From positions 46,872-110,871 of the forward strand of contig JAJZXF010000001.1 of the NCBI GenBank assembly GCA_021802485.1: 64,000 nt of DNA. Reading direction: 5' to 3'. The notes beneath the pieces were generated by a model that was not told where the DNA came from, made no database searches, and saw nothing but the letters and a program-made list of their open reading frames with translations. Numbering within the stretch: the stretch's first letter is position 1; each line of letters opens with the position of its first letter. This document shows positions 29,184-38,527 of the stretch, one piece after another. The translations under genes were made by a program, and so were the position numbers. The stretch comes from Actinomycetes bacterium (GTDB lineage Bacteria; Actinomycetota; Acidimicrobiia; Acidimicrobiales; JAJZXF01).

Positions 29184-29492
29184 TATCCTCCAACACGTCT
29201 GCTTCTTCGATCCTCTGGTCGGGTACGGTCACATCTGGACTTGCCTGCCGGCACTGCCGGGCAGAGTGCCCGAGGGCTCACCTCCCGAGCACGACCGCGG
29301 CTGCGGCGTGTCACGAGATCTTGTGTTGCTTGGTGGATGCCATGGCCAATTCTCACACGCCGGTCGAAGAATCGCGAGTCGAGAGGCGACTAAGTCAGGA
29401 GTCTCTTGGGACATCAGGACGTACGTGTGCGCATTAGCCGGCTAGTAGCCGTTAGCAGTAGCGACCCCACGAGGACTCGCTACCTTGGCCTA

Positions 29493-30212
29493 TCAACGCT
29501 CGCGCACTGCTCCTGGCAAACGCTCGCCATCTGGACAAAGCACCCCGAGTTTGAGTTCTTTCGCCGCATCCACCACGCCGTCGTAGACCCGCAGGCCATA
29601 GACGTAAGGAATGAACGCACCGGTAATGCCAGCAGTTGCGAGCAGGACGTCGAGCGTCCCCGCAAAGCGACGAACATCTGCAGGTCTCAGCCGAGTCTTC
29701 GCCTCAACCAGAGCAGCTACGCTCGCTCCCTCACTATCGTATGTATCCACGAACACATCTATCTCGCCGTTCACCTCGAGCGGCTCTGGCTCTCCCCTCA
29801 TTTGATAGCCCCTGCGCTCCAGAACGGTAACCACCACAGACGCAGCATCGCTTTCGACCGTGCCACCAACGACACCCGAAAGCCGCCCTACCTCTTGGCG
29901 CAGTGACTCATGACTTCTCTCCAAGCGCTCTTGGCCCTGTTCCAAGCGCTCTTGGTTCTGTTCCAAGCGTTCTTGGCTCTGTTCCAAGCGTTCTTGGCTC
30001 TGTTCCATACGCGCTTGGCTCTGTTCAACTGACACCAAGCGGACCTCAACCGAGTGCAGCGATTCCTTCAGATCACGAATATCGCGGCTGTTCTCAGCCA
30101 CCAGCTCCGGGAGGCGGAGGACCTCCTCGCTGAGGAGCACTGCCCGCAACTGCGCGCGGAGGCCAGGATCGGCTTCGATCTGCCTGATGATTCCAAGAGC
30201 ATCCACAGTCAA
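29493..30212 (-). CDS. Coiled-coil + PD-(D/E)xK-like nuclease-fold protein, copy 1 (239 aa, 5 heptad repeats)
   Basis: The N-terminal half is a coiled coil containing EQSQARM-EQSQERL-EQSQERL-EQNQERL-EQGQERL. The C-terminal half reads GEIDVFVD...ALVEAKTRL, a D...E-x-K arrangement. The architecture recalls multi-paralog families of thermophiles (from memory, unverified). Confidence 0.7.
   Translation of the reverse strand: MTVDALGIIRQIEADPGLRAQLRAVLLSEEVLRLPELVAENSRDIRDLKESLHSVEVRLVSVEQSQARMEQSQERLEQSQERLEQNQERLEQGQERLERSHESLRQEVGRLSGVVGGTVESDAASVVVTVLERRGYQMRGEPEPLEVNGEIDVFVDTYDSEGASVAALVEAKTRLRPADVRRFAGTLDVLLATAGITGAFIPYVYGLRVYDGVVDAAKELKLGVLCPDGERLPGAVRER
29920..30024 (-). repeat. In-frame 21-bp tandem repeat x5 (heptad EQxQERL) inside copy 1
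   Basis: Units lie at 29920-29940, 29941-29961, 29962-29982, 29983-30003 and 30004-30024 (TCCAAGCG[C/T]TCTTGG[C/T][C/T]CTGT and a diverged last unit). Copy 2 has a single unit at 30725-30745. Confidence 0.95.
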
Positions 30213-30297
30213 TATCGTACCATGTCATGTCCTAGCAATAACGAACACTGAAAGGCCGAGCAGTCCTAACCCCACGAGGACTCGCTACCTTGGCCTA

Positions 30298-30933
30298 TCA
30301 ACGCTCGCGCACTGCTCCTGGCAAACGCTCGCCATCTGGACAAAGCACCCCGAGTTTGAGTTCTTTCGCCGCATCCACCACGCCGTCGTAGACCCGCAGG
30401 CCATAGACGTAAGGAATGAACGCACCGGTAATGCCAGCAGTTGCGAGCAGGACGTCGAGCGTCCCCGCAAAGCGACGAACATCTGCAGGTCTCAGCCGAG
30501 TCTTCGCCTCAACCAGAGCAGCTACGCTCGCTCCCTCACTATCGTATGTATCCACGAACACATCTATCTCGCCGTTCACCTCGAGCGGCTCTGGCTCTCC
30601 CCTCATTTGATAGCCCCTGCGCTCCAGAACGGTAACCACCACAGACGCAGCATCGCTTTCGACCGTGCCACCAACGACACCCGAAAGCCGCCCTACCTCT
30701 TGGCGCAGTGACTCATGACTTCTCTCCAAGCGTTCTTGGCCCTGTTCAACTGACACCAAGCGGACCTCAACCGAGTGCAGCGATTCCTTCAGATCACGAA
30801 TATCGCGGCTGTTCTCAGCCACCAGCTCCGGGAGACGGAGGACCTCCTCGCTGAGGAGCACTGCCCGCAACTGCGCGCGGAGGCCAGGATCGGCTTCGAT
30901 CTGCCTGATGATTCCAAGAGCATCCACAGTCAA
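30298..30933 (-). CDS. Coiled-coil + PD-(D/E)xK-like nuclease-fold protein, copy 2 (211 aa, 1 heptad repeat)
   Basis: Identical to copy 1 at protein level except for the lack of 28 aa (4 heptads). Confidence 0.7.
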   Translation of the reverse strand: MTVDALGIIRQIEADPGLRAQLRAVLLSEEVLRLPELVAENSRDIRDLKESLHSVEVRLVSVEQGQERLERSHESLRQEVGRLSGVVGGTVESDAASVVVTVLERRGYQMRGEPEPLEVNGEIDVFVDTYDSEGASVAALVEAKTRLRPADVRRFAGTLDVLLATAGITGAFIPYVYGLRVYDGVVDAAKELKLGVLCPDGERLPGAVRER

Positions 30934-31001
30934 TATCGTACCATGTCATGTCCTAGCAGTAACGAACACTGAACGGCCGAGCAGTCCTAACCTTCCATTG
31001 G

Positions 31002-31823
31002 CTAGGCAGTGGCGGGTCGCACTGTCACACCGTGGCTCGCCAGGTACTGCTTTGCTTCGGCGATGGTGTGCTGCCGGTAATGAAAGATTGACGCCGCGAG
31101 AACCGCGTCGGCCCCGCCCAGTTGTGCTCCGTCGACGAGGTGCTGGAGCGTGCCCACGCCCCCGCTAGCGACGACGGGCACCGTGCAAGAAGATGTGATC
31201 GCTCGAATAAGTTCCACGTCGAAGCCATCCTTGGTGCCGTCGCGATCCATTGAGGTTACGAGGAGCTCGCCAGCGCCAAGGTCCTGGCATTCCACGGCCC
31301 ACTTGCACGCATCAATACCGGTAGCTAACCGGCCGCCGTGCGTGAACACCTCCCAACTCGCGCCAAGATCGCCGAGGTTGTCAGCAGAATTGGCGTCATC
31401 ACCAGCAAGCGTGATCGGAATGCGCATCCTCGCATCGATTGCTACTACGACGCACTGGCTCCCAAGTGCCTCCGCTAGCCTGCGGATGAGCGACGGGTCG
31501 CCTACGGCCGCCGTGTTGATCGCGACTTTGTCCGCTCCTGCCCGTAACAACCTGGTCGCATCCTCAATCGTCCGCACGCCTCCACCCACCGTTAGCGGTA
31601 TGAAGACTTGCTCCGCTGCCCGGCTCACTACGTCCACCATCGTCGCCCGACCTTGCGACGATGCCGTGATGTCGAGAAAGATCACCTCGTCCGCACCCTC
31701 CTCGTCGTAGCGGCGTGCCAACTCAACCGGGTCTCCCGCATCACGAAGGCCCTCGAAGCGAACCCCTTTCACGACGCGGCCTGAGTCCACGTCAAGGCAG
31801 GGGATTACCCTGATGACGCGCAT
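31002..31823 (-). CDS. hisF: Imidazole glycerol phosphate synthase cyclase subunit HisF
   Basis: 273 aa starting [23 protein letters not shown], with the [13 protein letters not shown] motif. Confidence 0.95.
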   Translation of the reverse strand: MRVIRVIPCLDVDSGRVVKGVRFEGLRDAGDPVELARRYDEEGADEVIFLDITASSQGRATMVDVVSRAAEQVFIPLTVGGGVRTIEDATRLLRAGADKVAINTAAVGDPSLIRRLAEALGSQCVVVAIDARMRIPITLAGDDANSADNLGDLGASWEVFTHGGRLATGIDACKWAVECQDLGAGELLVTSMDRDGTKDGFDVELIRAITSSCTVPVVASGGVGTLQHLVDGAQLGGADAVLAASIFHYRQHTIAEAKQYLASHGVTVRPATA

Positions 31824-32602
31824 ACGTCAAGTGCCCTTCCAAGCTCGATCATTCCTTCGGAGATGGCCTTGCCAACGATCACTCCCCCAAGGGAACGCCC
31901 GCCAACATCCATAGCGGCAAGAGCCGCTATGTCTCCAATAGAGCGAACGCCACCTGAGGCTACGACCTCCATGTCAGTCGCCTCCAGAACGTCAGCCAGT
32001 CCATCCAGATCCGGACCAGTGAGCATGCCATCACGGGAGATGTCCGTAACCACTACAGCCGCGGCTCCACTGTCGCGGAACAGATCAAGAGCCGAGGACA
32101 GTGGGATTCCGGATGATCCAACCCATCCACGCACGGCCACCTCACGAGCCGCGAGGCCACTAGCAGCTTTTCGATCCTCTGGGCCGTCTGCGGCCAAACG
32201 CTGCCGATGATCAAGAGCGACGGCTACTGCCCCCGGATGCTCTCGCGCCAGCAAGCCAATGAGCCCCGGTTTCTCCAACGCCGCCGTACCGATCACCACC
32301 CGCGACACCCCCCCATCCAGCAGTTCCAGCGCACGCGCTGTGGAACGGATGCCGCCACCGACCTCTACGGCCACCCCCGCTTCACACGCAAGGGACGCAA
32401 TAGAGAGAACCGCAGCGCGGTTCACAGGCTCACCAGTCTCTGCTGCGTCCAAATCCACCAGGTGAAGCCACCTGGCACCAGCCTCAATCAGGGTTTCAGC
32501 CACTCTTAGCGGGTCACCATAGGTGGTCTCACGGCTAAAGTCCCCCTGAGCAAGCCTCACAGACCTTCCGCAACGGATGTCGATCGCGGCCAAAATCTCC
32601 AT
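31805..32602 (-). CDS. hisA: ProFAR isomerase HisA (possibly bifunctional PriA type)
   Basis: The ORF track extends to 32683. The likely start is ATG 32602-32600 ([22 protein letters not shown]), overlapping the hisH stop as TGATG. Confidence 0.9.
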   Translation of the reverse strand: MEILAAIDIRCGRSVRLAQGDFSRETTYGDPLRVAETLIEAGARWLHLVDLDAAETGEPVNRAAVLSIASLACEAGVAVEVGGGIRSTARALELLDGGVSRVVIGTAALEKPGLIGLLAREHPGAVAVALDHRQRLAADGPEDRKAASGLAAREVAVRGWVGSSGIPLSSALDLFRDSGAAAVVVTDISRDGMLTGPDLDGLADVLEATDMEVVASGGVRSIGDIAALAAMDVGGRSLGGVIVGKAISEGMIELGRALDVCASSG

Positions 32603-33225
32603 CAACCACACCGACGAACGAAATTCTCGAGTATCGCAAGCCCGGTGCGACCTGACTTCTCGGGATGGAATTGAGTACCCCAAAGGTTGCCTCGTTCAAC
32701 AGCGGCAACCACACTCCCGCCGTAATCACACGTCGCTACCACGTCCTCTGTGGGCTCTGGAGCGTACGAGTGGACGAAATAAGCCCACGCGTCGTCCGCG
32801 ACCCCGGCTAGGAGCGCGCTGGCCCCACCGCTCGCCATTGGAACAGCATTGGTGGGGTGGAGAAGGTTCCACTGCATCTGCGGGCGCTTCACACCCGGCG
32901 AAAGAGATCGGACTTTGCCCTTTAGCACGCCCATACCCGCCTCGGCTGGCTCCTCGTCTGAAGCCTCGTAGAGCATTTGCAGCCCCACGCAGATCCCAAG
33001 AAAAGGAGTGTCAGTCTCCAAGGCGCCCATCGCCACTTCCATCAAACCCGACGAACGAAGCGCTCTCACGCAAGCGCCGAATGCCCCCACGCCGGGCAGG
33101 ACCATTCCCGCTGCTCCGCGTGCAGCGGAGGGCTCGGACACAAGACGAACATCTGCTCCAACATGAACGAGAGCCTTCTCTGCTGAACGCAGGTTGCCAA
33201 TTCCGTAGTCAAGAACCGCGATCAC
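32602..33225 (-). CDS. hisH: Imidazole glycerol phosphate synthase glutaminase subunit HisH
   Basis: 207 aa starting MIAVLDYGIGNLRSAEKAL, with the catalytic GICVGLQ motif. Confidence 0.95.
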   Translation of the reverse strand: MIAVLDYGIGNLRSAEKALVHVGADVRLVSEPSAARGAAGMVLPGVGAFGACVRALRSSGLMEVAMGALETDTPFLGICVGLQMLYEASDEEPAEAGMGVLKGKVRSLSPGVKRPQMQWNLLHPTNAVPMASGGASALLAGVADDAWAYFVHSYAPEPTEDVVATCDYGGSVVAAVERGNLWGTQFHPEKSGRTGLAILENFVRRCG

Positions 33226-33228
33226 CCC

Positions 33229-33921
33229 TCAGATCACACCCTTCGTCGACGGCACGGCGACTCCCTCGACCCTTACCGCGTCCGCTAGGCATCTCGCGAC
33301 TGCCTTGAAGGAGGCTTCAAGAACATGATGCGTGTTCTTGCCAGAAATCATCCTCACGTGCATCGTCACCATCGCCGCAGTTGTAAACGCTCGCCAGAAC
33401 TCCTCTGCAAGCTGCGGGTCAAAGGGAGGGTCGCCAAGAGCGAGCACATCATGGGGGAGGGTTATCCCGTACTCGAGGAACGGCCGCCCGGACACGTCCA
33501 GCGCCACCTCGATCAGCGCTTCGTCCAGAGGAAGCGCGATGGACGCGAAACGCCGTATCCCAAGCTTACCTCCAAGTGCCCCTCCTATCGCCTCCCCAAT
33601 AGCAAGTCCCGTGTCCTCTACAGTATGGTGTGCGTCGACTTCAAGGTCTCCTGATGCCCTCAAGCGCAGGTCGATCCCCGAGTGGCGGCACAGTGCTGAG
33701 AGCATATGGTCGAAGAAAGGAAGACCTGTGGAGATGTCGGCTACACCTGCGCCGTCCAAATTCACCGAGACTTCGAGGCACGTCTCTTTTGTCCTACGCT
33801 CGGCCGTCGCAATCCGACAAGGGCCAGCTACTCCTCTGGCTCCCGTCCCGCTTCCCAGAACGCTCTGGCCACCATCGGTGCCAGCTGTTTGCCCTCCCTG
33901 TACCTCCTGCATGTTCTTCAA
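33229..33921 (-). CDS. hisB: Imidazoleglycerol-phosphate dehydratase HisB
   Basis: Contains ERRTKETCLEVSVNLDG and the HHTVEDTGLAIGEA motifs. The N-terminal ~30 aa of the ORF may not be translated. Confidence 0.92.
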   Translation of the reverse strand: MKNMQEVQGGQTAGTDGGQSVLGSGTGARGVAGPCRIATAERRTKETCLEVSVNLDGAGVADISTGLPFFDHMLSALCRHSGIDLRLRASGDLEVDAHHTVEDTGLAIGEAIGGALGGKLGIRRFASIALPLDEALIEVALDVSGRPFLEYGITLPHDVLALGDPPFDPQLAEEFWRAFTTAAMVTMHVRMISGKNTHHVLEASFKAVARCLADAVRVEGVAVPSTKGVI

Positions 33922-33964
33922 TTCACAGCCCTACGCATCGCCGATCATGAGCTCCCAATCACCT

Positions 33965-35125
33965 TCATCCAAGACATTCCCTGACAGCCGCAAGGAATGC
34001 CGAGTTCTCGTCCCGCGTCCCGACCGTGACACGCAGGCAACCTTTCAGTTCGGGCCATGCAGTCAGGTCTCGAACGAGAACCGACCGTTCCAGCAGACCC
34101 TCCCACAGCACGCGACCGTCACAGTCCAGCGGCTTGAACAGTATGAAGTTCGCGTCGGACGGCCAGACGCGAAGACCAAGCTCCCTCATTGACTCAAGCA
34201 AACGCCCCCGCTCTTGCACCACCATCGCAATTCGCTCGTCCATCTCCGCCTTCCACTCAAGGGCAAGCCTACCAGCCAGCTGTTTTACTGCATCAAGATG
34301 GTAAGGGAGTGCAGCCTCTTGACAGGCTGATACCACCCCTGCATGGCCGATGAGATAGCCGAGCCTCGCTGCCGCCATTGCCCAGGTTTTCGAGAAGGTT
34401 CGGGTCACCACCAGTCTCGCTGCCTTACTTCCGACGGCACCGTTTCTAACGGGCTCCATCTCGGCGAAGGTCGGAGAACTGATCAGCGACAAAGCCGACC
34501 AGGGCGCGAACTGCCCGTAGGCTTCATCGACCACCACGAGACCGCGGCTGCACTCAAGCACCCACTCCACGGTCTCACGGGTCTCAACGCGACCGGTCGG
34601 ATTGTTCGGCGAGCACAGAAACACGAGTTCTGGCGAGTGCTCGTCGAATATACGCTTCGCATCTTCCCGGTCCAGCATGTGCTCTTCGTCCCGGCGACCC
34701 GCTATCACCCTTGTACCAGTAAGCCGAGCTATGTGAGAATGCATCGCGTACGTGGGCTCAAACACCGCCACAGAGCGCCCGGGACCGCCGAATGCGAGCA
34801 GGAGACACTGGATCACCTCGTTGGAACCGTTGCCACAGAAGACCTGTTCGGGTGTTACATCGTGAAAGCGTGCGAGCGCCGAACGCAACTCCCTGGCGCT
34901 CCTGTCCGGGTAGCGATTGAACGGGACCGATGCAAGCTCAGCCTGAAGCTCTCGCAGCCACGCACCCGGGGGCGCGAAGGGGGACTCATTGGTGTTGAGT
35001 CGTACTGCCGCCTCCACTTGTGGCGAGTGGTAGCCAGCCATCAGGCGGATGTCCTCACGCACTGGCACCGGAGATCCGGGCAGGCTACCAACGGCGCCTG
35101 TTGGGTCACTGGTATCTGGACTCAA
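33965..35125 (-). CDS. hisC: Histidinol-phosphate aminotransferase HisC
   Basis: 386 aa, class-II aminotransferase pattern (NPNNPTG-like CSPNNPTGR, TFSKTWAMAAARLGY with the PLP lysine). Confidence 0.93.
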   Translation of the reverse strand: MSPDTSDPTGAVGSLPGSPVPVREDIRLMAGYHSPQVEAAVRLNTNESPFAPPGAWLRELQAELASVPFNRYPDRSARELRSALARFHDVTPEQVFCGNGSNEVIQCLLLAFGGPGRSVAVFEPTYAMHSHIARLTGTRVIAGRRDEEHMLDREDAKRIFDEHSPELVFLCSPNNPTGRVETRETVEWVLECSRGLVVVDEAYGQFAPWSALSLISSPTFAEMEPVRNGAVGSKAARLVVTRTFSKTWAMAAARLGYLIGHAGVVSACQEAALPYHLDAVKQLAGRLALEWKAEMDERIAMVVQERGRLLESMRELGLRVWPSDANFILFKPLDCDGRVLWEGLLERSVLVRDLTAWPELKGCLRVTVGTRDENSAFLAAVRECLG

Positions 35126-36501
35126 CGCCCCTGGGCTCCCCGGAGAGCGATCGACTCAGCGTGGGCTGGGAGGCCCTCCGCAATCGCAAGGGCCTCAACA
35201 CTCGGGCCAAGGCGCGCGATTGCTCCATCGTCTGCCGAGATCACATGAACACGCTTCACGAAATCTTCCACGGACAGCGCACCCGCAAAGCGGGCCGATC
35301 CGTTCGTAGGGAGGACGTGGCTCGGGCCCGCTACGTAGTCGCCAAGGCTGGCAGGCGTGTTGGGGCCCAAGAAGACCGCACCGGCACTACGGACCATCTG
35401 CACGAGAACGCTCGGCTGCGACACGCACAGCTCCAGATGCTCGGGCGCGATGTAGTTGGCTACCTCCATCGCCTCGGCTGGCCCGTTCACCAACACCGCA
35501 TACCCACCCTTTGCAAGCGTCGCTACCAAGTCCGAGTTTCGCGGCGAGGAAGCCACCAGCCTCGTCACCTCCGCAGTAACCTCGTCCAGCACCTTTTCGG
35601 ACCAGGTGATGAGCCATGCCAAGCCGTCGGGACCATGCTCCGCCTGCACCACGAGATCAATAGCCGCCAGCAGCACCGGGGCTGACGCATCGGCTACCAC
35701 AACAACCTCCGACGGGCCCGTAAACGCAGATGGGACACCGACGATACCCGAGACCGCACGCTTGGCCTGAGCAACGTACCTGTTTCCCGGTCCTGCAATC
35801 ACATCTACCGGGGCAATCGACTCCGTACCAAAGGCCATCGCCGCTATTGCCTGGGCGCCGCCAACTCGGTATACCTCGTTCACGCCCGCAAGGTCTGCTG
35901 CGGCTAGCGTCAAATCATCGATCGACCCGTCTTTCATCGGCGGAACACAGAGAACTATCTCCCGAACCCCCGCCACGCTCGCTGGCACAGCGGTCATGAG
36001 GACCGTGGACGGATACCTCGCTCGACCTCCTGGAGCGTAGAGCCCTGCCCTTGCCACCGGGATGCAAAGCTCACTCACTGTGATGCCATCTCGCTCGTAG
36101 CGCTCCTGTGACGCGACAAGGCGCGAGCGCTCTTGGTAGTCCCTGATCGCGGCGCACGCTACTTCGAGGGCATCGCGAAGCTCACCAGAGATGCGCGTGC
36201 GTGCGAGGGCGACTTGGTCCGGAGTTACACGCAGCTCATCGAGGTCTACGCCGTCGAACTTGGATGTCAAAGCGCGCAGAGCATCGTCGCCCCGAGCTCT
36301 CACGTCATCCAAAATGGCAAGCACACCAGCAGTGGGAAAGTCAGCTACAACCTCCGGCCGCGGGAGTCCGTCAAGCATCGCCCGATAGTCATCGCTCTTA
36401 TCAAAGGCCCGGAGGTCGATCGGCGTCAGCATCTCACCTTGATCGTACCGGAACCCATCGCCAGGTGAATTCGGCCGCTCCCGAAGCACGCCAATTGGCA
36501 C
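35122..36501 (-). CDS. hisD: Histidinol dehydrogenase HisD
   Basis: 459 aa with conserved AGPSEVVVVAD and QAEHGPD motifs. A 4-nt overlap with hisC. Confidence 0.95.
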   Translation of the reverse strand: MPIGVLRERPNSPGDGFRYDQGEMLTPIDLRAFDKSDDYRAMLDGLPRPEVVADFPTAGVLAILDDVRARGDDALRALTSKFDGVDLDELRVTPDQVALARTRISGELRDALEVACAAIRDYQERSRLVASQERYERDGITVSELCIPVARAGLYAPGGRARYPSTVLMTAVPASVAGVREIVLCVPPMKDGSIDDLTLAAADLAGVNEVYRVGGAQAIAAMAFGTESIAPVDVIAGPGNRYVAQAKRAVSGIVGVPSAFTGPSEVVVVADASAPVLLAAIDLVVQAEHGPDGLAWLITWSEKVLDEVTAEVTRLVASSPRNSDLVATLAKGGYAVLVNGPAEAMEVANYIAPEHLELCVSQPSVLVQMVRSAGAVFLGPNTPASLGDYVAGPSHVLPTNGSARFAGALSVEDFVKRVHVISADDGAIARLGPSVEALAIAEGLPAHAESIALRGAQGR

Positions 36502-36617
36502 AAAGACCCGGGCTCAACGGGACCAGTGAAGCCCCTGGGCAATAGCGCATGGCGGCAACCATCATACTGACAGAGGCAGCCCCTCGGGACAGATACGCGA
36601 AGACACGTTCAAGCTCC

Positions 36618-36878
36618 TCACTGATATTCGCTTCCTGTTCCTGGACTTGGGGGACCCGGCCTCCAGCCGGATCGGGGGGCATTACTCGCTTTGCACACCG
36701 GAACGCTCGAGACCTGATACTCATACCCAATGCGCGCGTCCTCGCTAGAAGCAATCGACCTGTTCCCCACCGTTTGGCGCTCATACCAGCACTTGTTGCC
36801 CACGCCCCTGGACGCTACGACGATTTCCTGACATGCCTTGCCGTCAGCGCAAACATCTACTGACACCTCGGACAACAA
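36618..36878 (-). CDS. Hypothetical small Cys-containing protein (86 aa)
   Basis: TTG start preceded by GAGGGG (36883-36888 on the plus strand) with 4-nt spacing. It is co-directional with the upstream GNAT and the 112-aa gene. No recognisable family. Confidence 0.3.
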   Translation of the reverse strand: MLSEVSVDVCADGKACQEIVVASRGVGNKCWYERQTVGNRSIASSEDARIGYEYQVSSVPVCKASNAPRSGWRPGPPSPGTGSEYQ

Positions 36879-36938
36879 CTTACCCCTCGGGAGCGATAAC
36901 TGTCCCGGACGTGTAGCGGTAGTTCTTGGTGGTAGCGC

Positions 36939-37277
36939 TCACGGAGCGCTCCTTGCTGCCCCCCTGATCATTCTTGGCTTCACTCTATAAGCGAAATACT
37001 CGAGTCCGTAAGCGTCATCTGTCGCGATGGCATGCAGTGTGACCCCTTTATACGATGTCGCATTACGACCTCCAGCAAGTGAATACGCTGCGTTGAGAAC
37101 CGCAAAGTCGCTCACTTGGGCATAATTGTCAGCAGTAACATTTAGCGGTAGGTTATGCGCCCCGAAGAGCGTGAACCACGCCAGGGTGCCAATAAGTAGC
37201 GGGAGCACCACGGCAGCAGCACCAAGGCCAAGCGAAACCTTGGAGTTCCTCCGGATTCGTCTCATGACATTGAGCAC
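36939..37277 (-). CDS. Hypothetical membrane-anchored/secreted small protein (112 aa)
   Basis: A positively charged N-terminus, then the hydrophobic helix LGLGAAAVVLPLLIGTLAWFTLF. It starts 13 nt after the GNAT gene. Confidence 0.5.
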   Translation of the reverse strand: MLNVMRRIRRNSKVSLGLGAAAVVLPLLIGTLAWFTLFGAHNLPLNVTADNYAQVSDFAVLNAAYSLAGGRNATSYKGVTLHAIATDDAYGLEYFAYRVKPRMIRGAARSAP

Positions 37278-37289
37278 CTCAGGAGCTCT

Positions 37290-37904
37290 TCACGATCTTT
37301 GAGGCTCGGCCTCATCGAGCAACATCAACGGTTTCATTATGTCAGCACCCACAAGCCTACGACGGCTCATGAAGTCATCTCTGTAGATAGCAAGCACCAG
37401 CTGGTCCCAGCGCCTGCCTGCATGGTAGATGTGGCTTCGCAGGCGTCCTTCTTGTTTGATGTAGTGATCAAGGCCACTTTGGAACTGGGCGAGGTTGAAC
37501 TCTGGAAGCTCGAGGTAGAGCTTCTCGAAGTCCCAGGTGCCGAAGACATAGCTGAGGAACAGCACCACAGCTTCAGCACCAGCGCCAGAGCCAATGAGTC
37601 GCGGCTCTACGACAGCTGCGAGGTAGGCATGCCTGTTCATCGAGTTTGCGTTGTAGGCGACCACGAGGCCCACCGGGTCGTTGCTTCGACGACGTGTGAC
37701 AACGAGTTGCGTGAGCCCTCCTGTCTCGAAGGTGCGGATGAACTCATCATAAGATGGGACAGCACCTCCGTAGCGCCAGCGCCACGCTACCTCTGTCGAG
37801 ATCGCTATCTCATAGAGCCTCCCGTAGTGCTCACCTCCCGGTGGCTTCAGCTCAACAAGGGATCCCCTGAGCCTCAACCCCTCAGGTACGCCACGATCAA
37901 CCAC
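37290..37904 (-). CDS. GNAT-family N-acetyltransferase (RimJ/RimL-like)
   Basis: 204 aa. The pattern LR..L..E....Y....S......W.W.YGG......EF matches, with an acetyl-CoA-binding-like GSGAGAEAV segment. Confidence 0.75.
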   Translation of the reverse strand: MVDRGVPEGLRLRGSLVELKPPGGEHYGRLYEIAISTEVAWRWRYGGAVPSYDEFIRTFETGGLTQLVVTRRRSNDPVGLVVAYNANSMNRHAYLAAVVEPRLIGSGAGAEAVVLFLSYVFGTWDFEKLYLELPEFNLAQFQSGLDHYIKQEGRLRSHIYHAGRRWDQLVLAIYRDDFMSRRRLVGADIMKPLMLLDEAEPQRS

Positions 37905-38527
37905 TGGCGCTTCCCTCTCAACGTCAGAGGACCTTGTCAGGTAATAAGAGTACAGGCTACCTAGCGTGTCGAGCGCTTCCTGACTGCAATGTTCGCAGCC
38001 GATCCCTGACCACTCCGCGAAGACGCGAGTTTCGGCAATCGACTCAGCGTCGAGGTTGTCGTTGCGTTCTCGCCAAGGGTTCCCTGGCCTGGTTCGTCAC
38101 CCCAACGACGCCGATCGCGGCTGCGCCTGCTACGCCCGCTGCGCCATAGATCTGAAGTGTGCGGTACTTCTTCCAGAGTGCCCGCTTCCATGCACGATTC
38201 ATCTTGTTATCCGACCCCTTTCATCTTCGCTCTTGCTTCAGATGCAAGCAGGATACCCCCGGAGGTTCTTGAATCACCTCTTTGACGTCAAATATCTGCT
38301 GCGCCCGTGCCCAGCTTTGCACTCTCGCGATTCGTTATCTGGAGCGAGGCGACAGGCGAGCGAACAGGCATTGGTACTTGCCCACGAGCCATGCATGGCC
38401 ACATACACCAAGAAGAAAGAGGGGTATGATTAAGGAATTGGGACTTTCGGCCCTAGCGGCCTCCGTCTCGCCTTTCCATAATCTCCTTAGACATGCCTGA
38501 CGAGTATGTCAGTAATGGAGGGTGGTG

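Larger units (their letters stand above)
29464..30990 (-). repeat. Tandem duplication, unit 1 = 29464-30268 (805 bp), unit 2 = 30269-~30990 (721 bp)
   Basis: The ORF-track pairs are identical at offset 805 (29480-29677 vs 30285-30482) and nearly identical at offset 721 (30054-30251 vs 30775-30972). The 84-bp difference is fully explained by the 21-bp repeat copy number. I saw only 3 point differences: 30113 vs 30834, agcaataac vs agcagtaac, gaaagg vs gaacgg. Confidence 0.92.

Noticed and set aside
29920-30024. Regular 21-bp repeats considered as a possible CRISPR array
   Set aside because: The units are contiguous without spacers, in frame, and encode coiled-coil heptads within a CDS. No cas genes are nearby.
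36502-36617. Possible attenuator or T-box leader upstream of hisD
   Set aside because: No His-codon-rich leader peptide, T-box specifier structure or terminator/antiterminator pair could be recognised.
38044-38202. 52-codon minus-strand ORF (MNRAWKRALWKKYRTLQIYGAAGVAGAAAIGVVGV...) with one hydrophobic helix
   Set aside because: It is below the ORF-track cutoff, the nearest SD-like AAAGGGG is 13 nt from the ATG, and no homology is recognisable.
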